A stretch of 64,000 bases of DNA from Candidatus Acidiferrales bacterium (GTDB lineage Bacteria > Desulfobacterota > Binatia > UBA9968). Below the pieces are notes generated by a model that was not told the DNA's origin, made no database searches, and saw only the letters and a program-made list of their open reading frames with translations. The DNA is taken from contig DATMAM010000040.1 in NCBI GenBank assembly GCA_035559995.1, positions 197,452-261,451 of the forward strand, in the 5' to 3' direction. Of the stretch, positions 9,486-20,737 are shown piece after piece (within the stretch, counting starts at the first letter, position 1; each line of letters opens with the position of its first letter). A program made the position numbers and the translations under genes.

Positions 9486-11570
9486 CTACTTCTCATCCGC
9501 CGCTTCCGGCTTTTTTGCTTCCTTGATGATCTTTTCCGCCAGATGCGCCGGCACCTCCTCGTAGTGCGAGAACTCCATCGTAAACTCACCGCGGCCGCTT
9601 GTCATCGAGCGCAAATCGGGGGCGTACTTGAGAATCTCGGCCATCGGCACCAGCGCCTTGATGATCTGATTGTGCCCTTTGCTGTCGACGCCGGAAACCT
9701 TTCCCCGCCGGCTGTTGAGGTCGCCGATCACGTCGCCCACGCACTCCTCGGGAACCGTCACTTCCATCGACATGATCGGCTCGAGGATCACCGGTTTCGC
9801 TTTTTCGATCGCGTTCTTGAAACCCATCGAGCCGGCGATCTTGAACGCCATATCCGACGAATCGACCTCGTGATAAGAGCCGTCGTAAAGCGTCACGCGC
9901 ACGTCGACGATGGGATGCCCCGAGAGATAACCCGCCGCCATCGCCTCGCGCACGCCTTTTTCCACCGCGGGAATGTAATTTTTGGGAATGGCGCCGCCGA
10001 CGATCTTGTCCACGAACTCGAACCCCTTGCCGCGCGGCAGCGGCTCGATCTTCAGCCACGTATCGCCGTACTGGCCTCTGCCGCCCGACTGCCGCTTGTA
10101 TTTGCCCTGAGCGCTGGCCGCGGCTTTGATCGTCTCCTTGTACGGCACCTTGGGCGCCTTGAGGTCGACTTCACAGCCGTACTTGCGCTTGAGCCGATCG
10201 ACGATGACCTCGATGTGGAGCTGACCCATCCCGGACAGAATAAATTCCCGCGTCTGCGGGTCGCGGTGGGTTTCCACCGTCGGATCCTCTTCCGCGGTGC
10301 GCTGGAGCGCTTGCGCAACCTTGTCCTCGTCGGCCCTCGTCTTGGGCTCCAAAGCGAACGAGATCAGCGGCGAAAATTGCGCCAGTCCCTCGAATTGAAT
10401 CGGCGCTCTCTCGTCGCACAACGTGTCGCCCGAAGAGACATCCTTGAGCTTCGCCGCGGCGACGATCTCGCCCGCCGCGGCCTCTTTCACCAGCTCCTGC
10501 TTTTTGCCTTCCAGGCGAAACATCTGGCCGATTTTTTCCCGCGCCTGTTTGTTGGGGTTGTAGACCGTCTGATCGGTCGCGATCTTGCCGGAAAAAACCC
10601 GCAAGACCGAGAGCTTTCCGGCAAAGGGATCGATCAGCGTCTTGAAGACGTACGCGGCGAGCGGGCCGTTGGCATCCGGCGCGCGACTTTCCGTCTCCCC
10701 CGTCACGGGATTTTTCCCCTCGACCTCGCCCTCTTCCAGCGGCGACGGGAGGTAGTCGACAATCGCGTCCAGGAGCGGCGCCACGCCGATCAGCCGCGTC
10801 GGCGCGCCGAACAGAATCGGAAACAGGCGCGCCTCGAGAACCGCCTTCTTGATCGCCGCTTTGAGCTCCCCCGTCGAAAGCTCCTCGCCGGCGAGATACT
10901 TTTCGAGCAACTCGTCGTCGGTCTCCGCGACGCTCTCGATCAGCTCGACGCGCATCTGTTGCGCCGCGCCCTTCAGATCCTCGGGCACATCGACGGTGGA
11001 AAACTTTCCCGCCTCGTCCTCGTACAGCTGCGCCTTCATCGTCACGAGATCGACCACGCCCTTGAAGTTTTCCTCGCTCCCGACCGGCATCTGCAAATAG
11101 ACGCCGCGCGCCTCGAGCCCGCGGAGAATGCTGTCGACGCCTTCTTTGAAATTTTCCTTCTCGCGGTCCATCTTGGTCACAAACAGAAGCCGGCTCAGCT
11201 TTCGCCGATGGGCGCGCTCCCAGAGCCGCTCCGACTCGACCCTCAGACCGACGGAAGGGTTGATGACGAACACGGCGCCTCCGAAAGCGCGCATGCAGTT
11301 GATCGTGTCGGCGAGAAACGGCGCGTAGCCGGGAGTGTCGAGGAGCGTCAAGACGGATTTTTTCCACGGCAGGGTGTGAAAAGCCGTCGAGATCGAGATC
11401 CGCCGCTTGATCTCTTCCGGCTCGAAGTCGAAGGTGGTCGTGCCGTCGTCGACGCGGCCGAGCCGCTGCGTGACCCCTGCGGCAAAGAGCATGGCTTCCC
11501 CGAGAGAAGTCTTGCCGGAGCCTCCCTGGCCGAGTATTCCAACGTTGCGCGCCCTATCGACGTCCACCAT
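9486..11570 (-). CDS. elongation factor G family protein (divergent EF-G paralog with altered GTPase motifs)
   Basis: 694 aa, collinear with EF-G over all five domains (RGITI->RRISI, DTPG, NKxD->TKMD, SGGRGQYG, HPIVDV); AGGGGG RBS; G1 is GQGGSGKTS and switch-II His is Tyr (DTPGY). Confidence 0.85.
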   Translation of the reverse strand: MVDVDRARNVGILGQGGSGKTSLGEAMLFAAGVTQRLGRVDDGTTTFDFEPEEIKRRISISTAFHTLPWKKSVLTLLDTPGYAPFLADTINCMRAFGGAVFVINPSVGLRVESERLWERAHRRKLSRLLFVTKMDREKENFKEGVDSILRGLEARGVYLQMPVGSEENFKGVVDLVTMKAQLYEDEAGKFSTVDVPEDLKGAAQQMRVELIESVAETDDELLEKYLAGEELSTGELKAAIKKAVLEARLFPILFGAPTRLIGVAPLLDAIVDYLPSPLEEGEVEGKNPVTGETESRAPDANGPLAAYVFKTLIDPFAGKLSVLRVFSGKIATDQTVYNPNKQAREKIGQMFRLEGKKQELVKEAAAGEIVAAAKLKDVSSGDTLCDERAPIQFEGLAQFSPLISFALEPKTRADEDKVAQALQRTAEEDPTVETHRDPQTREFILSGMGQLHIEVIVDRLKRKYGCEVDLKAPKVPYKETIKAAASAQGKYKRQSGGRGQYGDTWLKIEPLPRGKGFEFVDKIVGGAIPKNYIPAVEKGVREAMAAGYLSGHPIVDVRVTLYDGSYHEVDSSDMAFKIAGSMGFKNAIEKAKPVILEPIMSMEVTVPEECVGDVIGDLNSRRGKVSGVDSKGHNQIIKALVPMAEILKYAPDLRSMTSGRGEFTMEFSHYEEVPAHLAEKIIKEAKKPEAADEK

Positions 11571-11584
11571 GGTGCGTTTGCCCC

Positions 11585-12382
11585 CTATCCTTCGCGTGCC
11601 TTTCTCTTGAGCTCCGAAGCCGTGTTTCTCTCGTGAATAATCCTGAGCCCCTCCAACGTCAAGAACTCATCGACCTCTTCGATCGTCGAGGACGCCTGCG
11701 CGATCAGCGGCGCCAGCCCTCCGGTCGCGATGACGCGCGGCCGCGCGCGCCTTTCTTTCTGGATCTCGCGCACGATGCCGTCGACCAGTCCGACATAGCC
11801 GTAAAAAATTCCCGCCTGCATCGACTGCACGGTGCTTTTACCCACCACCTCCTTCGGCTTGACGATTTCCACCCGCGGCAGCTTGGAGGCGCGCTGAAAA
11901 AGCGCCTCGAGCGAAATCATGAGGCCGGGCGCGATGCACCCGCCGAGGTATTCGCCTTTTTCGGAAACAAAGTCGAACGTCGTCGCGGTGCCGAAATCGA
12001 CGACGATGCACGACTGGTGATACTTTTCGTAGGCCGCCACGCCGTTGCAGATCCGATCCGTGCCGACGTCTTTGGGGCTGTCGTAGAGCACGGGCATGCC
12101 CGTCTTGACGCCGGGGCCGATGGTGAGCGGCGTCACGCCGAAAAATTTTTCTCCCAGCTCTTGCATGACGCTCACCATCGGCGGCACGACCGACGAAACG
12201 ACGATCGCGTCCACCTCGCTGCGGCGAATCGCGCTCACCTCCGCAAGCTGGGTGAGCAGAACGCCGTACTCATCGGCGGTGCGCTCGGGCTGCGTGAGCA
12301 GGCGCCAGTGGGTCTTGAGCCTTTTGCCCTCGAAAAGGCCGAGCACGATGTTGGTGTTGCCGACGTCGATCGCTAGGAGCAT
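11585..12382 (-). CDS. coaX: type III pantothenate kinase
   Basis: [17 protein letters not shown]... ASKHA-fold CoaX signature; adjacent to birA as is common. Confidence 0.85.
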   Translation of the reverse strand: MLLAIDVGNTNIVLGLFEGKRLKTHWRLLTQPERTADEYGVLLTQLAEVSAIRRSEVDAIVVSSVVPPMVSVMQELGEKFFGVTPLTIGPGVKTGMPVLYDSPKDVGTDRICNGVAAYEKYHQSCIVVDFGTATTFDFVSEKGEYLGGCIAPGLMISLEALFQRASKLPRVEIVKPKEVVGKSTVQSMQAGIFYGYVGLVDGIVREIQKERRARPRVIATGGLAPLIAQASSTIEEVDEFLTLEGLRIIHERNTASELKRKAREG

Positions 12383-13191
12383 CGGTCCGCACTCGCGGGG
12401 AAAACGTCGCCGGCGAGCACTCGTCGGAGCGTACCGCTTCGCTCGCGCACGAGCAAAGCGCCGTCGGCGTCGATACCGGCGGCGACGCCGCGCAGGACCT
12501 CGTCCGTCATCCGCACCTCGACGCGCCGGTCTTTGAGCGCGAAGTAGCGCTCCCAGCGCGCCGCCATCTCACCGAAGCCTCTTTGAGTAAGTTCCTTGTA
12601 GCAACGGTCAAGCCCCTGAATCAATAGCGCCGCGAGCTTGTTCCGATCCCAGGGGACGCCGCTCAGCTCGCGCAGCGAGGTGGCGCGCGCGCGCAGCGGC
12701 TCCGGCAAAGCGCCGGGCGTCAGGTTCACGTTGATGCCGATTCCCAGGATCGCGAATTTGATCCTGTCCGCGGCGCACGCGGACTCGGTCAAAATTCCGG
12801 CGAGCTTCTTCCCGCGGACCACAATATCGTTCGGCCATTTGATTTCGGGCGCGTCGCCGAGAAGCGGATGCAACGTCTCCGCCAGAGCGACCGCGGCCAT
12901 GAGCGTGATCTGCGGCGCGCGGCCGGCCGGAAACGGGGGCCTCAAGAGAACCGAGAAATAGAGGTTCGCGTGGGGCGGCGAGAACCACGTTCTTCCCAGC
13001 CGGCCCCTTCCCTGGGTCTGCTCTTCGGCCAGAACGACGACCCCTTCGGGGCCTTCTTCTTCCGCCAGCCGCCGCGCGTAGAGGTTCGTCGAATCGACCC
13101 GCTCCAGGCAGCGAATGACCCTTCCGAGAGTGCCGGCCGCAACGCCCGCGCGAATCGCCGCTTCCGAGAGGATGTCCAGGTCCGCAGGCAC
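12373..13191 (-). CDS. birA: biotin--[acetyl-CoA-carboxylase] ligase
   Basis: [13 protein letters not shown] motif of BPL family; overlaps coaX start. Confidence 0.8.
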   Translation of the reverse strand: MPADLDILSEAAIRAGVAAGTLGRVIRCLERVDSTNLYARRLAEEEGPEGVVVLAEEQTQGRGRLGRTWFSPPHANLYFSVLLRPPFPAGRAPQITLMAAVALAETLHPLLGDAPEIKWPNDIVVRGKKLAGILTESACAADRIKFAILGIGINVNLTPGALPEPLRARATSLRELSGVPWDRNKLAALLIQGLDRCYKELTQRGFGEMAARWERYFALKDRRVEVRMTDEVLRGVAAGIDADGALLVRERSGTLRRVLAGDVFPASADRCS

Positions 13192-13205
13192 GGGTTACGC
13201 GCCGA

Positions 13206-14063
13206 TCAACGGTTGTTTTCGCCCGCGGTGATCTTCATGTTGAAGTCCTGAGCGGGCGCGGAATGGGTGAGCGCGCCGACGGAAATAAAATCGACGCCGG
13301 TGGCGGCGACGGCGCGCACGGACTCCAGGGTGATTCCTCCCGACGCCTCGATCACCGCGCGCTTGGCGACCACCTTGACCGCCTGCGCCATCTCTTCGAT
13401 CTTCATGTTGTCGAGCATGATCCAGCCGACCTTGGCCGCGAGCGCCTCGCGCACTTGATCGAGCGACGCGCACTCGATTTCGATCGGCGCCATGAACGGC
13501 GCGTGTCGTCTGACGGTTTCCACCGCCTTGGCGATCGAACCGGCCGCGGTGATGTGGTTGTCCTTGATGAGCGCGGCGTCATACAGGCCGAGCCGATGAT
13601 TCGAGCCCCCGCCCATCCGCACCGCGTATTTTTCCAACACGCGAAAGCCGGGCGTCGTCTTGCGCGTGTCGAGAATCTTGCACGAAAAGCCGCGCACCGC
13701 GTCCACGTACTGGCGCGTCAGGGTCGCCGTGCCCGAGAGCCGCTGCAGGAAGTTGAGCGCGGTCCGTTCTCCCATGAGGAGGGCGCGCGCCGGGCCGACC
13801 GCTTCCGCGACCACCGTTCCTTCGCGCACCCGGTCGCCGTCCCGCGCGCGGCACGACACCCGGACGCGAGCATCCAGTGCCGCAAAGATGCGCTCGAGGA
13901 GAAAAAGGCCCGCGACCACGCCCTCGCGTTTGGCGCGGAAAACGCCCGTCCCCTGCAGGTCCGCCGGCACCGTGCTCAAGGTCGTGAGATCCCCGGCTCC
14001 GATGTCCTCGTCGAGAGCCATCCGGATCAGCTGATCGATTTGCGGCGTGATGACGACGTCCAT
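13206..14063 (-). CDS. nadC: nicotinate-nucleotide diphosphorylase (carboxylating) / quinolinate phosphoribosyltransferase
   Basis: 285 aa; ERTALNFLQRLSGTAT, KILDTRKTTPG, IMLDNM motifs. Confidence 0.9.
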   Translation of the reverse strand: MDVVITPQIDQLIRMALDEDIGAGDLTTLSTVPADLQGTGVFRAKREGVVAGLFLLERIFAALDARVRVSCRARDGDRVREGTVVAEAVGPARALLMGERTALNFLQRLSGTATLTRQYVDAVRGFSCKILDTRKTTPGFRVLEKYAVRMGGGSNHRLGLYDAALIKDNHITAAGSIAKAVETVRRHAPFMAPIEIECASLDQVREALAAKVGWIMLDNMKIEEMAQAVKVVAKRAVIEASGGITLESVRAVAATGVDFISVGALTHSAPAQDFNMKITAGENNR

Positions 14064-14072
14064 GGAAACTCC

Positions 14073-16850
14073 TTACACCGGCGCCTGGAGTTCCCGGATC
14101 TTCTCCAGGCTGCGATGGAGCGCGGTGAGCTTCTCTTCCAGCTCCTGCGATTTTTCCTGCTCCTTGGCGACCACTTGCGGTTTGGCCTTCGCGAGAAATT
14201 CCCGATTGGAAAGCTTCCGGCGAACGCGCTCCAGCTCTGCGGCTATTTTATCGACTTCCCTGGCGAGCCGCGCCGCCTCACCGTCGAGATCGACCGTCCC
14301 CGCAAGCGGCAGATAGATCTCCGTCGAGCCGACCACCGCGGTGAGCGCGCTTTTGGGCGGCTCGCCCCCGTACTCGACCGCGCTCAGGCGCGCGAGCGCG
14401 CCGAGATAGGGCTCTTGCTCCCGCAGCAAGCCGAGCTCTTCGTCGCTTCCCGACAGAACGACCTTCACCTCCGCGGCGGGCGGCAAGCCGATCTCGCTCC
14501 TGAGATTTCGGATCGCGCGCACCACCTCGCTCATGAAGCCGATCTTCGCTTCCGCCTCCTCGTCGATCCAGCCGGGGTCTTCCTCGGGATAGGGCTGGAC
14601 CATGACGCTCGCTTTTGCCGACGGCGCGTCTTTGATCTCCGCGCCTTCTCCCCGCAGCGCCTGCCAGATCTCTTCGGTGACGAAGGGCGCGATCGGGTGA
14701 AGAAGGAGAACGATCTCCCGCAACACCGCGCGCAGAACCCGCGCCGTTTTCGCCGCGCTGTCCCCGAGAGCGCCGCTCAACGAAAGCTTGCTCATCTCGA
14801 TGTACCAGTCACAGTACTCGTGCCACGTGAACTGGTAAAGCTCGTGCGCCATGTCGTTGAACCGGTAGCTGTCGAGCGCGCCGCGCGTCGCCCGGACCGC
14901 GCGCGCCAGCCGCGAAAGGATCCAGCGGTCGGCAAGATTGAGCTTCTCGGCGCGCAGCGAAGACAACGAATCGTCTCCGAGCCGCTCGACGTTCCCAGAA
15001 TTCATCAACACGAAGCGCGTCGCGTTCCACAGCTTGTTGATGAAGCTCTGGTAGCCCGCGATCCTGTCCTCGGCGAGCTTGATGTCGCGGCCGAGCGCCG
15101 CCATCGCCGCGAGCGTGAAGCGAAAGGCGTCGGTCCCGTAGCGCGCCATGACCGCGAGCGGATCGATGACGTTGCCCTTCGACTTCGACATCTTTTGCCC
15201 TTCCTGGTCGCGCACGAGCGCGTGGATGTAAACCGTCCGAAACGGCACGTCGCCCATGAACTTGAGGCCCATCATGATCATGCGCGCGACCCAGAAAAAG
15301 AGGATGTCGAAGCCGGTCACCAGAACCGAAGTGGGATAGAACGTCGCGAGATCGGCGCTCTTCTCGGGCCAGCCCAGAGTCGAGAAGGGCCAGAGCGCGG
15401 ACGAAAACCAGGTGTCGAGCACGTCGGGATCCTGGACGAACTCAGCGCCGCCGCACTCGGGACAGCGCGCGGGCGGCTCGTGCCGCACCACGGGTTTGGC
15501 TTTCGCGGGAATAAAGGCGCCGTGGGCGTCCCCCGCGAGGCACGCCGCGTTGCAGCCCCTGCAGTACCAGGCCGGGATCTGATGCCCCCACCAGATCTGG
15601 CGCGAGACGCACCAGTCTTTGATGTCGCCCATCCAGGCGAAGTAGGAATTCGCCCAACCTTCGGGAACGATCCGGATCCTTCCGTCGCGCACCGCTTCGA
15701 TCGCCGGCCCCGCCAGCGGCTTGACGCGCACGAACCACTGCGGCGTCAGGTAGGGCTCGACCACGGTCTGACAGCGGTAGCAACGCCCGAGAGCGTGGCG
15801 ATGCGGCGTGACCTTCTCCAGCAGCCCCGCCGCGGCGAGCTCTTGCACCACCAGCTCGCGCGCCGCGAAGCGATCTTTCGCCGCGTAGCGCCGAAGCCAG
15901 TCCGACTCCCCGCCTTCGCCCTTGAAGCCCTCCGGCGCGATGCGCGCCTCGTCGTCGAAGATGCTGATTTTTTTCAGGCCGTGCTTCTCGCCGATGTCGA
16001 AATCGTTGAAGTCGTGCCCCGGAGTGATCTTGAGCGCGCCCGTGCCGAACGCACGGTCCACGAAAGGATCGGCGATGATCGGAATCCTGCGCCCGACGAT
16101 CGGCAGCCGGACCTCTTTCCCGACGAGCCGCTGGTAGCGCTCGTCCTGCGGATGGACCGCGACGGCCGTGTCGCCGAGCATCGTCTCGGGCCGGGTCGTC
16201 GCGACGACCACGCCGGCTTGCGGATCGTCCCACAGCGGATATCTCAGGTGCCAGAGATGCCCGTCCACCTCCTCGTGAACGACCTCGATATCCGCGAGCG
16301 CCGTCTTGCACCGCGGGCACCAGTTGATCAGGCGCTGCGCCCGATACAAAAGGCCGTCGTTCCAGAGCGTGACGAACGCTTCGCGCACCGCGCGCGAAAG
16401 CTTCTCGTCCATCGTGAAGCGCTCGCGACTCCAATCGCAGGAAACGCCGAGCGCGCGCAGCTGGTGCAGGATCGCGCTTCCCGCCTCGGCGCGCCACGCC
16501 CAGACCTGTTCGATGAATCGCTCGCGCCCGAGCTGGGCGCGCGTGAGCCCGCGCTGCGCCAGTTGCCGCTCGACGACATTCTGGGTGGCGATGCCGGCGT
16601 GATCGGTCCCGGGAACCCACAGCACGTTGTAGCCGTCCATGCGCTTGTAGCGGCAGAGGATGTCCTGCAGGGTGTTGTTGAGCGCGTGGCCCATGTGCAG
16701 GGAGCCGGTCACGTTCGGCGGCGGGATCACCATGGAAAACGGCTCCGCCTCGGGCCTGAACGGCTGGAAGTAGCCCGCCTCGCTCCACACGCGATACCAC
16801 TTCTGCTCGACGTCGGCATGGGCGTAGACTTTCGCTAGCTCGGCCTTCAC
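14073..16850 (-). CDS. valS: valine--tRNA ligase
   Basis: 925 aa; PPPNVTGSLHMGHALN (HIGH), KMSKSKGN, C-terminal coiled coil. Confidence 0.95.
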   Translation of the reverse strand: MKAELAKVYAHADVEQKWYRVWSEAGYFQPFRPEAEPFSMVIPPPNVTGSLHMGHALNNTLQDILCRYKRMDGYNVLWVPGTDHAGIATQNVVERQLAQRGLTRAQLGRERFIEQVWAWRAEAGSAILHQLRALGVSCDWSRERFTMDEKLSRAVREAFVTLWNDGLLYRAQRLINWCPRCKTALADIEVVHEEVDGHLWHLRYPLWDDPQAGVVVATTRPETMLGDTAVAVHPQDERYQRLVGKEVRLPIVGRRIPIIADPFVDRAFGTGALKITPGHDFNDFDIGEKHGLKKISIFDDEARIAPEGFKGEGGESDWLRRYAAKDRFAARELVVQELAAAGLLEKVTPHRHALGRCYRCQTVVEPYLTPQWFVRVKPLAGPAIEAVRDGRIRIVPEGWANSYFAWMGDIKDWCVSRQIWWGHQIPAWYCRGCNAACLAGDAHGAFIPAKAKPVVRHEPPARCPECGGAEFVQDPDVLDTWFSSALWPFSTLGWPEKSADLATFYPTSVLVTGFDILFFWVARMIMMGLKFMGDVPFRTVYIHALVRDQEGQKMSKSKGNVIDPLAVMARYGTDAFRFTLAAMAALGRDIKLAEDRIAGYQSFINKLWNATRFVLMNSGNVERLGDDSLSSLRAEKLNLADRWILSRLARAVRATRGALDSYRFNDMAHELYQFTWHEYCDWYIEMSKLSLSGALGDSAAKTARVLRAVLREIVLLLHPIAPFVTEEIWQALRGEGAEIKDAPSAKASVMVQPYPEEDPGWIDEEAEAKIGFMSEVVRAIRNLRSEIGLPPAAEVKVVLSGSDEELGLLREQEPYLGALARLSAVEYGGEPPKSALTAVVGSTEIYLPLAGTVDLDGEAARLAREVDKIAAELERVRRKLSNREFLAKAKPQVVAKEQEKSQELEEKLTALHRSLEKIRELQAPV

Positions 16851-17365
16851 GGTCGCTCCTTGTGCGGCGCGTTCTCGGCGCTCGTCGACTCCTCGGCGAC
16901 GACATCGACCAGCTCGATCGGATCGGCGGCGTGCGCCGGCGCGCCGCGTTGCTCCCCGGCTGAGGCCCCGCCCTCCGCCGCCGCGGCCTCTTCCCCTTCG
17001 GCTTCGCGGTGCGCCCGCCCTGCGGCCGTCAGGAGGCTACCGATCGCATCCTTGAGCGCTTTGGGTTCGAGCGGCAGCCTGACGACCTTGAGCTTTTCCC
17101 TCTCCGGCGGCTCAAGCGCGCCTTCGCTCGCGAGCCACACGACCGGCGTCGCCACGCTCCGGAGCGCCTCGACGAGGTCGGCGCCGAGCAGGTTTTTTTC
17201 CGCGAGAGCGGCGGCGTCAAGCACCAAAAGATCGCAATCCCTCAGCTCCGTCAACGCACGCGCCGCGATCGCCTCGCGCAGCTCGAGCACGTGCTCTTGC
17301 GTCAGGCTCAAAGAGATCGCTTGCTGCAGGATTCTGTACGGTTCGACGACCAGAACGTTAGCCAT
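16847..17365 (-). CDS. receiver (REC)-like / pseudo-receiver domain protein
   Basis: Start set at ATG 17365 (MANVLVVEPYRILQQ...DLLVLD...); listed ORF extends to 17536 only by reading antisense through tRNA-Leu (GGIEPP artefact); stop overlaps valS start. Confidence 0.4.
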   Translation of the reverse strand: MANVLVVEPYRILQQAISLSLTQEHVLELREAIAARALTELRDCDLLVLDAAALAEKNLLGADLVEALRSVATPVVWLASEGALEPPEREKLKVVRLPLEPKALKDAIGSLLTAAGRAHREAEGEEAAAAEGGASAGEQRGAPAHAADPIELVDVVAEESTSAENAPHKERP

Positions 17366-17387
17366 CGCTTCTTTTGAAGGGTTTCCC

Positions 17388-17420
17388 TTGACAAGCTCGA
17401 AACCGCGCGCAACACTATCA
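17388..17420 (+). promoter_or_regulatory. candidate sigma70-type promoter for tRNA-Leu (TTGACA -35, weak -10)
   Basis: TTGACA at 17388-17393, AACACT/CACTAT about 17-19 nt downstream, ~30 nt before tRNA 5' end. Confidence 0.3.
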
Positions 17421-17447
17421 GCGGTGCGCAGGTTTCCGGTTAGCGGT

Positions 17448-17535
17448 GCGAAAGTGGCGGAACTTGGTAGACGCGCAGGATTCAGGATCCTGTGGGATAA
17501 AACCCGTGGGGGTTCGATTCCCCCCTTTCGCACCA
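17448..17535 (+). tRNA. tRNA-Leu (anticodon CAG), type II with long variable arm
   Basis: GCGAAAG acceptor pairs CTTTCGC, then A and encoded CCA; anticodon stem CAGGA/TCCTG with loop TTCAGGA; T-arm GGGGG-TTCGATT-CCCCC; near-identical architecture to E. coli tRNA-Leu(CAG). Confidence 0.85.
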
Positions 17536-17660
17536 TCCATCGAAGAAACTTACCACACTCGTCCGATTTTCTCTAATCACCGGATTCATTTCCTAAGGAT
17601 CGGTTGAGCGGCGAGAGGATTCAGGGAGGGGCGCCGCGCGGCGTCCCGACGGCCGTAGAG

Positions 17661-18014
17661 ATGCGCGCAACGAACGTTTCTCGTTTCGCCTGCCTGGTCG
17701 CGGCGCTCCTGCTAAGCGGTTGCGGCGAGCGGGACAAGGCGGCCGATACTCCGGAGGCACGCGGCCGGCGCGCTTACATGACCTACTGCGTGGTCTGCCA
17801 CAACGCCGACCCGACCAAAGACGGCACCACCGGGCCGGCTCTTGCCGGGTCTTCGCGCGAGCTTCTCGAGGCGAGGGTCCTCAGCCAAAACTATCCGCCC
17901 GGCTACAAGCCCAAGAGAACGACGCACACCATGCCGGCCTACCCGCAGGTCAAGAGCCGGATCGCCGACCTTGCGGCATTTCTAAACGCCGACGCCCAGC
18001 GCGCTAAAAGATGA
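17661..18014 (+). CDS. c-type cytochrome lipoprotein (single CxxCH heme site)
   Basis: Lipoprotein signal MRATNVSRFACLVAALLLSGC, heme motif CVVCH; start at ATG 17661 preferred over upstream TTG. Confidence 0.65.
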   Translation: MRATNVSRFACLVAALLLSGCGERDKAADTPEARGRRAYMTYCVVCHNADPTKDGTTGPALAGSSRELLEARVLSQNYPPGYKPKRTTHTMPAYPQVKSRIADLAAFLNADAQRAKR

Positions 18015-18705
18015 TGCCGTAAAGGAGCCAGAAGTAGAGCGCGAGGATGAACCCCGCCCACAGCGTTCCTTGCACCGTGTCGAGGGGTTTTTTGGTTGCC
18101 CCTTGAGTCCCGACAAGCGCGTTGATTTCCACCAGCGCAAGGGCGCCCCAGCCGAACACGATCCACGCGGCCAGCGCGCCGGCGGTCGGCTCGGCCGGAA
18201 CGATGGAAGGATAGTGGCTCGCCGCGCCCATAAAAAAGAGCATCGGAATGGAGAAGACGACGTTGGTCCGAGAGGTGAGCGCCGCCCGTCTTGCCGCGGT
18301 TGCGGCCTCGGGCAGGGCTTGCCCGCCCTGAGCGACCTGGGTGGTCGACTGGATGACGATTTTCTGATTGGGCCAAATGACCAGCCAGACGTTGAGAAAC
18401 ATGACCGTTCCGAGCAGACCGCCCAGCGTGATCGCCAAGCCGTAAGGCCCGTAAAAGAAAGCCGAACCCTGCTCGCCCCACTTGATCACATAGATGAGAA
18501 TCCCGGCCAAAAACGTGACCATCGCGCCCCAGCGAAACCACCACAGGGCGCGCGGCACGAGCTTTTGAATGGCGCCGCTTCTAACCGCGGGCTCGGTCTC
18601 GGCAAAGAATGGCGTTTGCACGAAATTGAAATAGTACAGAAGCCCAATCCACGTAATGCCGGCGAGAAAATGAATCCATCTCAGCAAAAAAAGTGTCACT
18701 TCCAT
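18004..18705 (-). CDS. integral membrane protein of the HemJ/CopD/PuuD-membrane-domain superfamily
   Basis: 233 aa, ~6 TM; N-terminus RWIHFLAGITWIGLLYYFNF resembles HemJ-like W..H....W.G motif. Confidence 0.45.
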   Translation of the reverse strand: MEVTLFLLRWIHFLAGITWIGLLYYFNFVQTPFFAETEPAVRSGAIQKLVPRALWWFRWGAMVTFLAGILIYVIKWGEQGSAFFYGPYGLAITLGGLLGTVMFLNVWLVIWPNQKIVIQSTTQVAQGGQALPEAATAARRAALTSRTNVVFSIPMLFFMGAASHYPSIVPAEPTAGALAAWIVFGWGALALVEINALVGTQGATKKPLDTVQGTLWAGFILALYFWLLYGIIF

Positions 18706-19127
18706 GATGCTCCCCTCCGTCTAGACGAACCGACCCCTGCGCGCGCGCACAGATAGGCTGACTTTTTTTATAAGTGTGGTCTTATACGAACGAAGCGAAA
18801 TGTTTGTCAAGGGGAAATCCGCGCAAACGGGGCCTCGCGCCGCTCGCCGCGGCCGCGCTCGGCCCGCGGGCCGGCGCGCGCCCGCGGCCGCGAATCGGAG
18901 CGTTTCATCTTGACCCGTCTCACGATCTGTGCCATTTTGCGGTGCTAACTTCGGCATCAGGCGGCACTCTTCTGCTACAGACCAACAAAAAAAAAGCTAA
19001 ACTGCCGGCGTTCATCTCGCGGCTTCGATCGCCTTCGGCTCTTTGCGTCGATCCCTTCCGCTGCGTCGCTTCAGAACTCGACCTCGTCGAGCAGAACCTG
19101 GCGCGCTCGATTCGCTCCGAAGAGCAG

Positions 19128-19996
<869 letters not shown>

Positions 19997-20000
<4 letters not shown>

Positions 20001-20737
20001 ATCAGCGCGAGCTTTTTGTTCAAAAAACCTTCGACCGCATCGCCCAGCGCTACGATCTCCTGAACCGCGTCATCAGCTTTCACCTCGACACTGCGTGGAG
20101 AAACAGGGCGCTCGCGGAGCTTGGGGTCGCCGGCTCCGCGGCCCGTATCCTCGACCTCGGAACCGGCACGGGGGACCTCGCGCTCGCCGCCGCGAAAACG
20201 GGAGCAAAGATCGTCGGTTTGGACCTGTCGAAGGAAATGGTCCGGCGCGCGCGGGCCAAGACGGCGCGCGCCGGCCTGGAAGAGAAAATTTCCTACGTAA
20301 TCGCCAATGCCCTTGTTCCGCCGTTCAAGAGCGAGAGTTTCGACGGCATTATCACCGCGTTTGTTTTGCGCAACGTGAGCGATCTAGAGCTGTTTTTCGC
20401 CAGCGCGCACGCCTTGTTGAAACCCGAAGCGCGCTTTGTCTCCCTCGAGATGTTCCCGCCCAGGACCTATCTGTTTTCGTTTTTCTACTCGCTTTATTTC
20501 TACCGCCTTGTCCCCTGGATCGGCGCCGGCCTGGCGCGCAACCACGAGGCCTACCGCTATCTCGCGGACTCGGTCAGGGGGTTCTGCTCGCCGGCGGCCG
20601 TAAGCGAGGCGCTCGAGCGCGCCGGGTTCGTCGGCGTGCGCCTGCAGAGATACCTTTGCGGCGCGGTGTGCTTGCACAGCGCCGTAAAGCCGGCAACCCG
20701 ATCGGAAGTCGCCAGAGATGCGGCCCTTCGCGCATAG
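19997..20737 (+). CDS. class I SAM-dependent methyltransferase, UbiE/MenG (demethylmenaquinone/ubiquinone C-methyltransferase)
   Basis: KTFDRIAQRYDLLNRVISFHLDTAWR and LDLGTGTGD motifs; overlaps prenyl synthase stop by 4 nt. Confidence 0.8.

Noticed and set aside
13263-16838. 1191-aa plus-strand ORF (and similar long ORFs 7112..8923, 9543..11636, 15442..16905, 10171..11367)
   Set aside because: Arg/Pro/Gly-rich translations antisense or out of frame to well-supported genes (valS, murJ, EF-G); this is the typical high-GC open-frame artefact
17448-17535. Possible tRNA-Sec (long arm, apparent 9-10 bp acceptor)
   Set aside because: Re-registering gives a normal 7-bp acceptor with discriminator A + CCA, and the anticodon loop TTCAGGA reads CAG (Leu); the extra pairing is fortuitous flanking complementarity
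18830-18900. GC-rich palindromic stretch upstream of the prenyl synthase gene as an ncRNA or terminator
   Set aside because: No U-run; simple GCGGCCGCG-type self-complementarity is expected at this GC content
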